DNA of 64,000 nt from Desulfobacterales bacterium (GTDB lineage: Bacteria; Desulfobacterota; Desulfobacteria; Desulfobacterales; UBA5852). Numbering within the stretch: the stretch's first letter is position 1; every line of letters begins with the position of its first letter. Below the pieces are notes generated by a model. That model worked only from the letters and a program-made list of their open reading frames with translations, was not told the DNA's origin and ran no database searches. Positions 20,405 to 29,607 of the stretch are shown in pieces. The position numbers were made by a program, and so were the translations under genes. The stretch spans positions 1,440,001 through 1,504,000 of the forward strand of contig CAXXVS010000003.1 in assembly GCA_963674755.2 (NCBI GenBank), given 5' to 3'.

Positions 20405-21276
20405 GCGGCCCCCGACGCATTGCGTTGGCGATTTCAAACCCGGCCTGGCTGCAAGATCACCGCTTTATGGGGCAGGCCGTGCTGCCCGGCGTTTGGGCCC
20501 TTGAATACCTGGCCCGGGCGGTGGAGGGTGTATTCCCCGAAGCGGTGCTGACTTCCTGCACAGCGGTGCATTTCGACAAGTTCCTGGCGTTGCCGCCGCC
20601 TGGCATCGCGGCGGTCGATGCGGTGGCCGAGATCGCGCCACTTGCCGGAGGCCTATTCGAAACCGTGCTCCTTACCCGTCATGTGGCTCCCCGAAGCGGG
20701 ATATCCCGTATGAAGGCCCATGTCAGGGCCCGCTTCGGTTTGTGGAGGCGGGCAGGTCATGACCGGCGGCCGGAGCCCCGGCCCGTCGAAGCGCTGCGGG
20801 ATGTCTTCGAGGTGGAACCGGAGCGCCTGTATGCGGAGATGGTGCCTTTCGGTCGCACCTTCCGGAACGTCGTCTCCCCGGTCCGGCTCGCTACCGGCGG
20901 TGCCCGGGCTACGGTAGCGGGGGGCGATCCCAAAGGTGAAGACACCTTTTTGCGGCTGGGCTCGCCTTTCCCGCTGGATGCGGCTTTCCACGCGGCCTGC
21001 GCCTGGGCCCAGCGCTATCGCGGCATCGTGGCCTTTCCCGTGGCCCTGCAGCAGCGCCTGATCCACCAGTCCACCTGCTTCGGGCATCGTTACGATGCGG
21101 AGATCTGCTTCAGAGAAGAAGAGGGCCGGGATCTCCTGTTCGATCTTTATCTTCGTGAAGGCGGGGGACGGCTTTGCGAAGTCGTGCGAGGTCTTGTCAT
21201 GCGGGATGTCAGCGGCGGCAAACGGCAGCCGCCGGACTGGGTCCGAACCGGGTTGAATGACGATGTGACGCGCTGA
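20383..21276 (+). CDS. Stand-alone PKS-type double hot-dog dehydratase
   Basis: WLQDHRFMGQAVLPG (HxxxGxxxxP) and LDAAFH (catalytic Asp region). Confidence 0.78.
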   Translation: MADFSPLSGPRRIALAISNPAWLQDHRFMGQAVLPGVWALEYLARAVEGVFPEAVLTSCTAVHFDKFLALPPPGIAAVDAVAEIAPLAGGLFETVLLTRHVAPRSGISRMKAHVRARFGLWRRAGHDRRPEPRPVEALRDVFEVEPERLYAEMVPFGRTFRNVVSPVRLATGGARATVAGGDPKGEDTFLRLGSPFPLDAAFHAACAWAQRYRGIVAFPVALQQRLIHQSTCFGHRYDAEICFREEEGRDLLFDLYLREGGGRLCEVVRGLVMRDVSGGKRQPPDWVRTGLNDDVTR

Positions 21277-21287
21277 AGGGGAAAACG

Positions 21288-22034
21288 ATGCGGATACGAC
21301 AATGGCTTGGGCGCCTCATGCTGGCCGCGGCGACGATCTTGCCGGCGAGCTGCTCCTGGGTTGCCAAGGCCCCCATGGATGTTCTCTATTACCCTGCCGA
21401 CGAAGGCCAAACGCAGAAGAACCTGTTTGTTTTCATGCGCGGCATGGGCGGCAGCCATCGCAGCTTCGCGGAGGAAGGCCTGGTGGCGGATGTGCGCACC
21501 GCGGGGCTGCCCTTCGACATGGCCGCGCCCAACGCCCATCTGGGCTATTATGCCCGCCGCACCCTGATCGAGCGCCTGAAGGCCGACGTCATCGATCCGG
21601 CCCGCCGGCAGGGCAAGGACAATATCTGGCTGGTGGGGTTTTCCATGGGCGGGCTGGGTTCCCTGCTCTACCTGAAGGGCCACCCGGAGGATGTCGACGG
21701 GGTCTGTGTGATCGCGCCTTTTCTGGGGGACAATGACATCATTGAAGAAATCCGTTCCGCCGGCGGGGTGCGGGCCTGGCAGCCGGGGGATTACGATCCG
21801 GACGACGATTACCAGCGCATGCTTTGGCACTGGATCAAGGACAATGTCTCGGGCGATTCACCGGTACCGATTTTCCTGGGCTATGGGACGGACGACCGTC
21901 TGGCACCGGGCGGTGCCCTCCTGGCGGAGGTTTTACCAAAGGACCATGTGGTCACTATGCCTGGGGGGCACGACTACCCGACCTTCAAGGCATTGTGGAA
22001 GCGGTTTCTTGAGAGCAGGATCTACCTGCCATAA
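21288..22034 (+). CDS. Alpha/beta hydrolase, probably an exported lipoprotein
   Basis: GFSMGG nucleophile elbow, GTDD and GGHDY; N-terminal signal ending ...PASC. Confidence 0.78.
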   Translation: MRIRQWLGRLMLAAATILPASCSWVAKAPMDVLYYPADEGQTQKNLFVFMRGMGGSHRSFAEEGLVADVRTAGLPFDMAAPNAHLGYYARRTLIERLKADVIDPARRQGKDNIWLVGFSMGGLGSLLYLKGHPEDVDGVCVIAPFLGDNDIIEEIRSAGGVRAWQPGDYDPDDDYQRMLWHWIKDNVSGDSPVPIFLGYGTDDRLAPGGALLAEVLPKDHVVTMPGGHDYPTFKALWKRFLESRIYLP

Positions 22035-22121
22035 TCTTTTGGGGCATTTCATGTCCCAAAAGATTATAATGGACACCGCCAGTGCAAGCAGGCACCTGTG
22101 AGGTGGCGGGGTCTGCTTCCA

Positions 22122-22808
22122 TTACAATGTGAAGATTGAGTGGGGGGCGTCGCCATAGGGTGCCTGCGATTCACGAATCACCCGCCTGATGCCGCGTGCG
22201 ATGTGGGCGCCGACGCCGTCCACCGCCGTTAGATCTTCCAACGCCGCATTCAATACGTTTTGAACGCTGCCGAAGCGCTCCAGCAGGCGGGCCGCCCGTG
22301 CGGGCCCTACACCCGGAAGACTTTGCAGGATATACAGCTGCTGCTTGCGCCGGCCCTTGGGCCGGTAACCGGATCGTGAAAGTCCGCCGGCGGCCATACG
22401 GTTGACCTGGCGTCCGGCATAGACCATCAGGCGCGCGGTTTCCTCGGGGCTCAAGGCCCGCAGCACTGGAATTCCCAGGACCAGGCTGGTGGTGATGAGC
22501 GCCCCCTGCAAGGCTTCCCGCTGGATTTCACCCTGCCGCAGATCGCGGCTTTTACCTTCCAGAATGAGAACCCCTTTCAACGGCGAGGCGGCCAGGCGGG
22601 TCATTTGCCTGAAAAGACGGCCGTCGATGACCGAAAGGGCAAAATCCGGCAGGGTTTTACGTTCAAAAACCAGGCGCCCGTCCACTTGGAAATCGCCCAT
22701 GGTCAACCGTTGCACTTCGCAGGTGACGCCTTCCATGGCGCTCAGTGCCTGGCGGATCGGCTGCGAGCGTTCGCGGTCGTCGATGACGATATTGATGGTT
22801 GTCTTCAA
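22122..22808 (-). CDS. ERCC4/XPF-family nuclease with C-terminal (HhH)2 domain
   Basis: IDDRE, GDF...FERKTLPD...DGRLFRQ nuclease motif; LPGVGP and VDGVGA HhH motifs. Confidence 0.85.
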   Translation of the reverse strand: MKTTINIVIDDRERSQPIRQALSAMEGVTCEVQRLTMGDFQVDGRLVFERKTLPDFALSVIDGRLFRQMTRLAASPLKGVLILEGKSRDLRQGEIQREALQGALITTSLVLGIPVLRALSPEETARLMVYAGRQVNRMAAGGLSRSGYRPKGRRKQQLYILQSLPGVGPARAARLLERFGSVQNVLNAALEDLTAVDGVGAHIARGIRRVIRESQAPYGDAPHSIFTL

Positions 22809-22833
22809 GGGGTTGCCTTTACCGTTCGCTATT

Positions 22834-22980
22834 TAGTGTTCATCCAGAGATGGTAGATTTTGGTTTCGGCCAAGGCCGCAGTGATTTGGGAACCGCAGGC
22901 GTAGCTGAGCTACGTTGAGGATTTCCAAAGAGCGAGAACGCCGGGCGGGACCAAAAGATGCCATTTATGGATGGGCACTA
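22834..22980. mobile_element. 147-bp palindromic MITE-like element
   Basis: Imperfect terminal inverted repeats TAGTGTTCATCCAGAGATGG / CCATTTATGGATGGGCACTA; central GCAGGCGTAGC-TGA-GCTACGTTGAGGA hairpin; TA at both ends. Confidence 0.6.
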
Positions 22981-24290
22981 TTTAGGTATTCTCCGATGAT
23001 GCGGAGACGCTGATTAAACCCCTGTATCGTACTGTCGACGAGTTGTTGGGGGAAGTCTCCGGGCAAGTCCGCGACGGTGTTCTCAAGTGCTATGGGTGCG
23101 TTTGTGACGATGGCCTCGAAAATCTTATTCAGACGTGTTTGGGCGAAACCGGCCCTGATGGCGGTCTGAACAAAATGACGGGGGTCTATGGTGCGAAAGA
23201 CATAGTGCCTCTTGTCGCCAACGGCCATGGCGAATTTCATTTGGTTATGGCGCAGTTGGCCGGCATCCAGGTTGGGTTGGGCCGTCATGATGTCATAGAG
23301 CGGCGTCAAGTGGAAGCGCCCGCCGGGCAGCAGAAAGATGCTGAAATTCTTGGCGTGGCCGTCTGTGGCACCCAACAGCCAGAAGAGGATTTGGGCCCGC
23401 AGGAACATCTCCTGATCTGATCCCGGTTCATCACTGGCTTTGAGGAAGTTAAGAAGTGCCTTCAGCCCCGGTCCGCCATCCGGCTCATATTTTTTTGTAG
23501 GGGGAACGGAGAGAGACTGGCAGCAATCCTCCTGGGGAAGGCGCAGCAGGCGGTTGTCCCGGGTCCAATGTCGGTCGAACCGCTCGATCACGAGAACACG
23601 CTGGTCTTCGAAATCTTTAATCACCGCATCGGCGGCCGGCAGACCGAACGCTTTGACCAGCCGCAGGCATAGATATTCATTTTCGACGCTCCGGGTCAGG
23701 TCAATGCCATTCCTCAGTTTTCCAATCTGGGGTTTGAAGATATGGGTGGTGGCCGTCGTCCCCAGAGGGATGTGCCAACGCCCTTTCCATTGCAGGAGAG
23801 CTGTTTTTTCCTGGGCACCGGCAATGGAGATGCGAAAGGCATCATCCTCGCTGACGCCGAGCGGGTATTGATTCAGCTCCCGGATGATACGGGCGATTTC
23901 GCCATCGCTGACAGTTCGTCCTTCCACTAAGCCGGCACCCGCCGGCAGGACGTTCTCCGGCAGGAATTGGAGGGCACCCACACAGTCACGCCCGACCGCT
24001 GCCAGCAGGCTGTAGGCGTCGTAACCATCGGCATGCACCCGTTGGGCCATACGGCGGCGAATTTGTTCGCTGTCCGGCAGCAGGTTATCGAAAACCGCAA
24101 CCACGGGCGCGCCGATATAGTGGTCTTCGCGCAGCGGGAGCGACAATGAGACGGGCAGGGCATGCTTCCAGGCCAGCCATGTTTCGTCATACTGAAAATC
24201 GATGGCGCCGCTGACTTGTCGGTTGAGCCGGCCTACCAGACGGCTGTTCAGGTAGAGCGAGAGGGGGCTGCGCACACGCCGCCGCGCCAT
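22965..24290 (-). CDS. hipA: HipA serine/threonine kinase toxin
   Basis: SIAGAQEK, IFKP, QEDCCQ, DGHAKNFS and LTPLYDI motifs. Confidence 0.93.
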   Translation of the reverse strand: MARRRVRSPLSLYLNSRLVGRLNRQVSGAIDFQYDETWLAWKHALPVSLSLPLREDHYIGAPVVAVFDNLLPDSEQIRRRMAQRVHADGYDAYSLLAAVGRDCVGALQFLPENVLPAGAGLVEGRTVSDGEIARIIRELNQYPLGVSEDDAFRISIAGAQEKTALLQWKGRWHIPLGTTATTHIFKPQIGKLRNGIDLTRSVENEYLCLRLVKAFGLPAADAVIKDFEDQRVLVIERFDRHWTRDNRLLRLPQEDCCQSLSVPPTKKYEPDGGPGLKALLNFLKASDEPGSDQEMFLRAQILFWLLGATDGHAKNFSIFLLPGGRFHLTPLYDIMTAQPNLDAGQLRHNQMKFAMAVGDKRHYVFRTIDPRHFVQTAIRAGFAQTRLNKIFEAIVTNAPIALENTVADLPGDFPQQLVDSTIQGFNQRLRIIGEYLNSAHP

Positions 24291-24541
24291 TAGAAAATAT
24301 CCTCGATGGTGCGGGTGTCCGCTTTCGTGCGTGCCCGGATGACCAGTTCCAGATCAAGGGCGGCAAGGACGTCCACCAGCGTCTGGAGCTGGGTTTTCGG
24401 CTCGCCGTTTTCGAGGCGCGATATGGTGCCCTGCCGCCGGTGGGTCCGGGTGCCGACCTCGGCTTGGGTCAGGCCCAGCGTGCGGCGTCTGCGATGCAGG
24501 GCAGCGCCGATCTGATCGGCGGTGCGTGCAATCTGCTCCAT
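24290..24541 (-). CDS. hipB: HipB antitoxin (Xre HTH)
   Basis: 83-aa Xre HTH (GLTQAEVG...QGTISRLENG); TAATG translational coupling to hipA. Confidence 0.9.
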   Translation of the reverse strand: MEQIARTADQIGAALHRRRRTLGLTQAEVGTRTHRRQGTISRLENGEPKTQLQTLVDVLAALDLELVIRARTKADTRTIEDIF

Positions 24542-24577
24542 GAAGGTTCTCTCCCTCTTTGGTCTTAATGGCGTAAT

Positions 24578-24648
24578 TATACGCCTCTGCGTATAAATGT
24601 CAATATACGCATGAGCGTATAATTATATTTTATACGCTCATGCGTATA
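24578..24648. promoter_or_regulatory. Three 18-bp palindromic HipB operators (TATACGC-N4-GCGTATA)
   Basis: Copies at 24578-24595, 24604-24621 and 24631-24648, directly upstream of hipB. Confidence 0.85.
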
Positions 24649-24713
24649 AGATTGGAAGTATTGACCGATCGCCATTGGGTGCATCTACCCCTCAAGCATT
24701 TGGCCTTTCTGCT

Positions 24714-25085
24714 TCAATTTCGCCAAATGCCGATGGCCAGCATCAGCCAAGCCGCTATAAAGGCGACTCCGCCGATGGGCGTGATGATGCCCAGTGAGCG
24801 GATGCCGGTCATGCTGATGACATAGAGGCTTCCGGAGAAGAGCAGGATACCGGCCGCCATGAGCAGGCCGGCCGCCGGCAGCAGGGAGGATCCCTTGTAG
24901 AGTTGGGTCAGGATGCCCACCAGGATCAGGCCCAGGGAGTGGTAGAACTGGTATTGGACGCCGGTCTGGAAAACGGCCAGGATGTCTTGCGGCAGACGGG
25001 CCTTGAGGCCATGGGCGGCAAAGGCCCCCAGGGCAACGGACAGGGCGGCGCTGACGGCGCCTGTGGCAATCAGGAAACGGGTCAT
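24714..25085 (-). CDS. DUF423/YgdD-family membrane protein
   Basis: LGAFAAHGL, TGVQYQFYH, LFSGSLY and ITPIGG motifs. Confidence 0.88.
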   Translation of the reverse strand: MTRFLIATGAVSAALSVALGAFAAHGLKARLPQDILAVFQTGVQYQFYHSLGLILVGILTQLYKGSSLLPAAGLLMAAGILLFSGSLYVISMTGIRSLGIITPIGGVAFIAAWLMLAIGIWRN

Positions 25086-25253
25086 GGCATTGTCCCTATG
25101 TTAGGCGTTATCGGACCCCAACCACAAACGATGTTCTGGGGTGCAATCGCAACAAAGAAAATTATGGGCCGATGGCCTGAGATCTTTCCATTGCTATGCT
25201 TATCCTAATTTTACCAAATTGCCAGAAGGAAAGGCGATGGATCAGGCATGTCG

Positions 25254-25496
25254 CTATTTGCGGCCATTTTGAATCCCGAGCCACTCCTTAGCGTCTTCTT
25301 CAATATTATCGAGGGTAAATTGGGAGACGTCGGCATCGGAGATATCCCACAGATGCAACGAAGTCACCGTTCCGGAACAATAAGTGGCGGTCCATTGACG
25401 GAAATCATCCGCTTCCATCTTGCCGACGGCTTTGATGATCGTCAGATCCCGGGATAAATCGTAAGTCGTTTCGATGACTCCCATCGTGTGTTCCAA
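25254..25496 (-). pseudogene. Short hypothetical ORF, possibly a truncated remnant
   Basis: 80 aa with lower GC than its neighbours; protein-like N-terminus (DLTIIKAVGKM...LWDISDAD) that ends abruptly. Confidence 0.35.
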
Positions 25497-25519
25497 ATTT
25501 TAGGGGCTTCCGTATTAGA

Positions 25520-26884
25520 TCATGCAAACAAATCGGCTGCTGTCTGCCGGTCGTATTTGCCGGCGGCGGACATGGGGATTTTGTCAACGACAACGATCCG
25601 TCGGGGAAGCGCGTAAGGCTCCACCCTGGCCGCCAACGCCTGGCGAATCTCCATGGCATCGCGCGTGCCTTCCACCAGCGCCACGATTTCGTTTTCCCGG
25701 CCCCGACCGGCGGGCAAAGACAGCACCAGGGCGTCCGTGATGCCCGGCAGTTCCTTCAGACAGGTCTGCACGCCCTCCAGGTCCACCCGCCTGCCGCCCA
25801 CCTTGACGATGCCATCGGCCCGGCCTTTGAGGAGAAAACTCCCCTTGTTATCTTCACCCACACGATCGCCGGTCAGGAAAAACCCCTTGGCATCAGTTTT
25901 TAAGTTGGGGGAAAGATAGGGGCTGCGGACATAGAGCCGCTCGCCGATGATTTTGGTTTCCACGGAGGCCAGCGGCGAGAGGCCGGTTTCGTTGTTGGCC
26001 CGGTTGCGGGTGGCCACGCCGCCGGTTTCGGTGGAGCCGTAGACTTCGGTGACGCCGATCCCGGTCTGCTCGAAAAAGGCTGCACCGTCCTCGGGCTCCA
26101 GGCGGCCGGCCGAAGAGACGGCCAGGCGCAGGTGGCCGGCGTCGACGTCCACGCTGCGGAGCACCCGGTAGTGCATGGGCACTCCGGCGAAGATCGTGGC
26201 CTTGTGGCGGGTCAGGGCCTCCATGATGCCGTCGGGATAGACGGAGATGCCGGGGTTCACGCCGGCCGAGGCGACCATGGGGATCAGGACGGCGAAGAGC
26301 AGGCCGTAGATGTGATAGGGCACGGTCATGGCCACAAAACGGTCTTCCGGCGCTATGGCGAAGCGTTGCGCCATGAAAAAGGCTTCCCCGAAGAGATTGC
26401 CCACGGTTTTGGGCCAGACCTGGGGTTTTCCAGTTGTGCCGCCCGTGAACAGGCGCACCATCACCTTGTCGATCGGGGCAGGCTGTAAGCCCGCCTCCGA
26501 GAATCCGGCCGGGGTGATATAGACCGGCTGGAGGGGCGCGGGCAGGTCGTCCGGCCGGTCGGTGATAACCCGGCGGGCACCGGTGGCGGCGTGGATCTCC
26601 TGCAGGGCATTGGTGCTCAAGGCGTAGGGCAGCAATAGTGGGGGCGTTCCTTGGGCGGCGGCGGCCAGCATGGCTGCGGCGGTAAAGGCTTTGCCCTCGG
26701 TGTAGAGACAGACCGGCTCCTCGGGGGTATCAAAATCGGCCAGGGCGCCCACCAGGCCGTAGGCCAGATCGTAAAGCGCCTGGTAGGTGGTCAGGTGTTC
26801 GATAAAGGTCTTCTCCGGTATGGACGGCGCTGCCAGGAGCCGTGCCATCTGCTCTTCGAGTGGGATAGGGTAGTGCAAGGCCAT
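25520..26884 (-). CDS. AMP-dependent acyl-CoA/acyl-ACP ligase (ApeH-like)
   Basis: LFTGGTTGKP, VYGSTETGG, TGD, GRADGIVKVGG and GK motifs. Confidence 0.88.
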   Translation of the reverse strand: MALHYPIPLEEQMARLLAAPSIPEKTFIEHLTTYQALYDLAYGLVGALADFDTPEEPVCLYTEGKAFTAAAMLAAAAQGTPPLLLPYALSTNALQEIHAATGARRVITDRPDDLPAPLQPVYITPAGFSEAGLQPAPIDKVMVRLFTGGTTGKPQVWPKTVGNLFGEAFFMAQRFAIAPEDRFVAMTVPYHIYGLLFAVLIPMVASAGVNPGISVYPDGIMEALTRHKATIFAGVPMHYRVLRSVDVDAGHLRLAVSSAGRLEPEDGAAFFEQTGIGVTEVYGSTETGGVATRNRANNETGLSPLASVETKIIGERLYVRSPYLSPNLKTDAKGFFLTGDRVGEDNKGSFLLKGRADGIVKVGGRRVDLEGVQTCLKELPGITDALVLSLPAGRGRENEIVALVEGTRDAMEIRQALAARVEPYALPRRIVVVDKIPMSAAGKYDRQTAADLFA

Positions 26885-26887
26885 CCG

Positions 26888-28321
26888 TCAGTGATCCTTT
26901 TGGGGTTCGAAATTGCGCTTGGCTGCGATGAAGCCCGGCAAGTGGGCCATCACGTGCCACAGGCTCCAGCGGTGCTCCCATAGCCGGCGATGGAAGCGCC
27001 GCCGCCAGTCCGGGCTGGAATAGAAGCGTTTGACATGCTGGTTGTAGAGTTCGTCCAGGGCTTCCCGGGAGGCGATGGCCCGGGGCACGAAGACGAAGTT
27101 CAGGCAGTTCATCTGTCGCCAGTCTTCCCGGAAGGTACCGTGCTCCTGAAGATTCTGCCACACCGGGGCGCCGTGAAAAGGAGTGAACTTGGTCATGTTC
27201 ATGTCGTCCAGGCCGAGGGACATGACGAAATCGCTGGTGCGGCGGATGGAGGCCTCGGTTTCCCCGGGCAGGCCCATTATGAAAAGGCCCTTGGTCCGCA
27301 GCCCGTGGGCCTGGATGCGGCGAATGGTGTCCCGGACCGCCTCCGGATGGACGCCGGGTTTGTGGCGGTCCATCAACTCCGTGTCGCCGGTTTCGATGCC
27401 CAGGGACACTTGCAGGCAGTCGGCGGCTTTGAGCATCCGCAGCAGGTCGTCGTCGGCGTGTCCCACCCGCACCGCGCAGTTGAATTGTATCCCCAGGGGC
27501 TTGTCGCCCAGCAAAGTGCACAATTCGGTGATGCGGCGGCGGTGGGCGGTAAACAGGTCGTCGTAAATATTGATGTGGCGCACGCCGAAGCGGTCGTGCA
27601 GATAATGCATATGGGCGTAAATGTAGGCGGCGGAGTTATAGCGGTAGCCCTGCTTGAACACCGAGCGGTCGCAGTAGGAGCATTTGTAGGGGCATCCCCG
27701 GCTGGTGACCATGGTGGCGCCGGGGCGCTGGATGTAACTGAAAAGCGGCAGATGGTAGCGCCGGGGAAAGCCTTCCAGCAGATCGTAGGCCGGAAAGGGT
27801 AATTGGTCGAGATCCGGCAGGAGGCTGCGCGCCGGGTTGCTGACGACCTGTGCACCATCCCGCCAGATCAGTCCCGGGATGTCGGCCGGGGAGACCCCGT
27901 CGGCCAACTCGGCCAGGGTGGCCTCGCCTTCCCCCATGCAGAGAAAATCGATGGCGGCAAACGCTTTCAGCAAAGGCGCGCCGATGGCGGAGACGTGTAC
28001 TCCGCCGAAGATGCACACGATTTCGGGACGCTGCGCTTTGAGGGCCTCGGCCAGGGCGTAACCGTCCAGAAAGCCCGAGGTGGTGGCGGAAAAACCCACC
28101 AGATCGGGCTTCAGGGCCAGGATATCCCGGACCACCAGGTTATGGGGGCGGGTCCGGTCCCAGGCCAGGCAGTCGTAGACCTGCACCCGGTGGCGCCCTT
28201 CCCGCAGCCAGGCGGCCATGGAAAGCAGCCCCAAGGGCGCCATACGGTTGGCGATGGGGGTGAAGTCGGTTTGACCGGGCACCCAGTTGGAGCCGGCCGG
28301 ATGGATCAGGACGATGTTCAT
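26888..28321 (-). CDS. B12-binding radical SAM enzyme (class B methyltransferase-like)
   Basis: APLGLLSMAA, VGFSAT, FGGVH, GEGE, TSRGCPYKCSYC and GLPGET motifs. Confidence 0.9.
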   Translation of the reverse strand: MNIVLIHPAGSNWVPGQTDFTPIANRMAPLGLLSMAAWLREGRHRVQVYDCLAWDRTRPHNLVVRDILALKPDLVGFSATTSGFLDGYALAEALKAQRPEIVCIFGGVHVSAIGAPLLKAFAAIDFLCMGEGEATLAELADGVSPADIPGLIWRDGAQVVSNPARSLLPDLDQLPFPAYDLLEGFPRRYHLPLFSYIQRPGATMVTSRGCPYKCSYCDRSVFKQGYRYNSAAYIYAHMHYLHDRFGVRHINIYDDLFTAHRRRITELCTLLGDKPLGIQFNCAVRVGHADDDLLRMLKAADCLQVSLGIETGDTELMDRHKPGVHPEAVRDTIRRIQAHGLRTKGLFIMGLPGETEASIRRTSDFVMSLGLDDMNMTKFTPFHGAPVWQNLQEHGTFREDWRQMNCLNFVFVPRAIASREALDELYNQHVKRFYSSPDWRRRFHRRLWEHRWSLWHVMAHLPGFIAAKRNFEPQKDH

Positions 28322-28336
28322 AGGGGGCAGGTGATC

Positions 28337-29494
28337 CTAATGGCCGGTGTCTCCGCCGGGCGTGGGGTTGATGCTGCGTACGCCGGCCATGCTGCGGGCG
28401 GCCAGGCGTGCCAAAATCAGAGTGGTCCCGCCCATCAGGCAGGCCAGAAGGGGCGCCAGCACGAGGGCGCCGATCAGCCATTCGTATAGGCGTTCCAGGG
28501 CCTGGTAGCCGATTGTTTCCAGTGAAATTTCGGTCAGGAAACGGCCGTGGCGCAGGAGGTAACCCAACTCGATGCACAGGGCCGGCACCACCGGGGGCAT
28601 GCAGAGCTGGCTGGCCGCCAGGGCCGCGAGTTTGTTCAGTCGGAAATAGGTGGCCGCCAGGATGATGACGAGGGTGTGGCAGGCAATCAGGGGCAGGGCG
28701 CCCAGGAAGACCCCCATGCCGGCCGCCAGGGCCAGCTGGGTGGGGGAGGTGTTTTCCCGCAGCAGGGTGCGCAGGGACTGCATGGGATGCCATACGGAAA
28801 TGGCCCTCCCCGGCATGTCGTTCCCGGCCACCAGCTTGCGGTGGGGTACCGGGAGAACCGAGCGCAGGGTGTAATGAATGTTCAGCAGGAACCGCCACAG
28901 GCTGCGCCGTGGGGGCTCCCCCGCGCCCCCGGGCGTCGCCGGGTTTGCCTCCAGCGCTATCTCATGAAACGGCACGTCGGCCCAGGCGGATTTAATCAGG
29001 AGTTCGGTGGCAAGCGCCTTGCCCCCCTGAAAGAGCCGCAAATGGTCGATAACCGCCAGGGGGTAGATGCGCAGCGGGCTGGCAGGGTCTTCCAGATGGC
29101 GTCCGGTCTGGATTTTAAGCCAGAACCGCGGCAGGGACCGTTCGGCCCATCGTTCCCGCCACCCGATCCGGCCGGCTGCCTGGCGACACCCCATGACAAG
29201 CGCCGTGGGATGGGACCGGCAGGCCTCGACCAGCCGCTTCAGATTCACCTCGCTGGATATGGATGCGGCCGTGATGATGGCCAGATGGGAGGCATCGCGC
29301 GTTCGGGCCCGATGGGCGGCCTCCCGCAGGGTGGAAACCGTTAAACGGTCCGCCCCATGGCCGCCGACCGCAATCAGGACCCCATCGGCAGCGCGGGAGA
29401 TTTGTCGCGCGGCGGCGTTGAAATGCGTCCCGTTTTTTTTCGGGCCGGGCCATATGAAAAAGGCGATTCGGATTGTTATAAGTCCCCGTTGCAA
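28337..29494 (-). CDS. Degenerate GT2-like domain fused to a DUF2062-like membrane domain (start uncertain)
   Basis: FWLKIQTGRHLED...LRIYPL...ELLIKSAWA resembles GT2; C-terminal ENTSPTQLALAAGMGVFLG TM domain; no DxD motif visible. Confidence 0.6.
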   Translation of the reverse strand: MQRGLITIRIAFFIWPGPKKNGTHFNAAARQISRAADGVLIAVGGHGADRLTVSTLREAAHRARTRDASHLAIITAASISSEVNLKRLVEACRSHPTALVMGCRQAAGRIGWRERWAERSLPRFWLKIQTGRHLEDPASPLRIYPLAVIDHLRLFQGGKALATELLIKSAWADVPFHEIALEANPATPGGAGEPPRRSLWRFLLNIHYTLRSVLPVPHRKLVAGNDMPGRAISVWHPMQSLRTLLRENTSPTQLALAAGMGVFLGALPLIACHTLVIILAATYFRLNKLAALAASQLCMPPVVPALCIELGYLLRHGRFLTEISLETIGYQALERLYEWLIGALVLAPLLACLMGGTTLILARLAARSMAGVRSINPTPGGDTGH

Positions 29495-29607
29495 TTCGAA
29501 AATAAGAAAGGACGGGCATCGTCCGGAAATCCAAACCTACCGTTTAGCAGGCTCTCCGGCAGATGGCAAGGATGATGGTGGATGCGGACTTCGACGCGCT
29601 GTTCTTT

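Noticed and set aside
24578..24648. Regularly spaced repeats that could be a mini-CRISPR
   Set aside because: The repeats are 18 bp with 8-9 bp gaps, there are no cas genes, and the position matches HipB operators.
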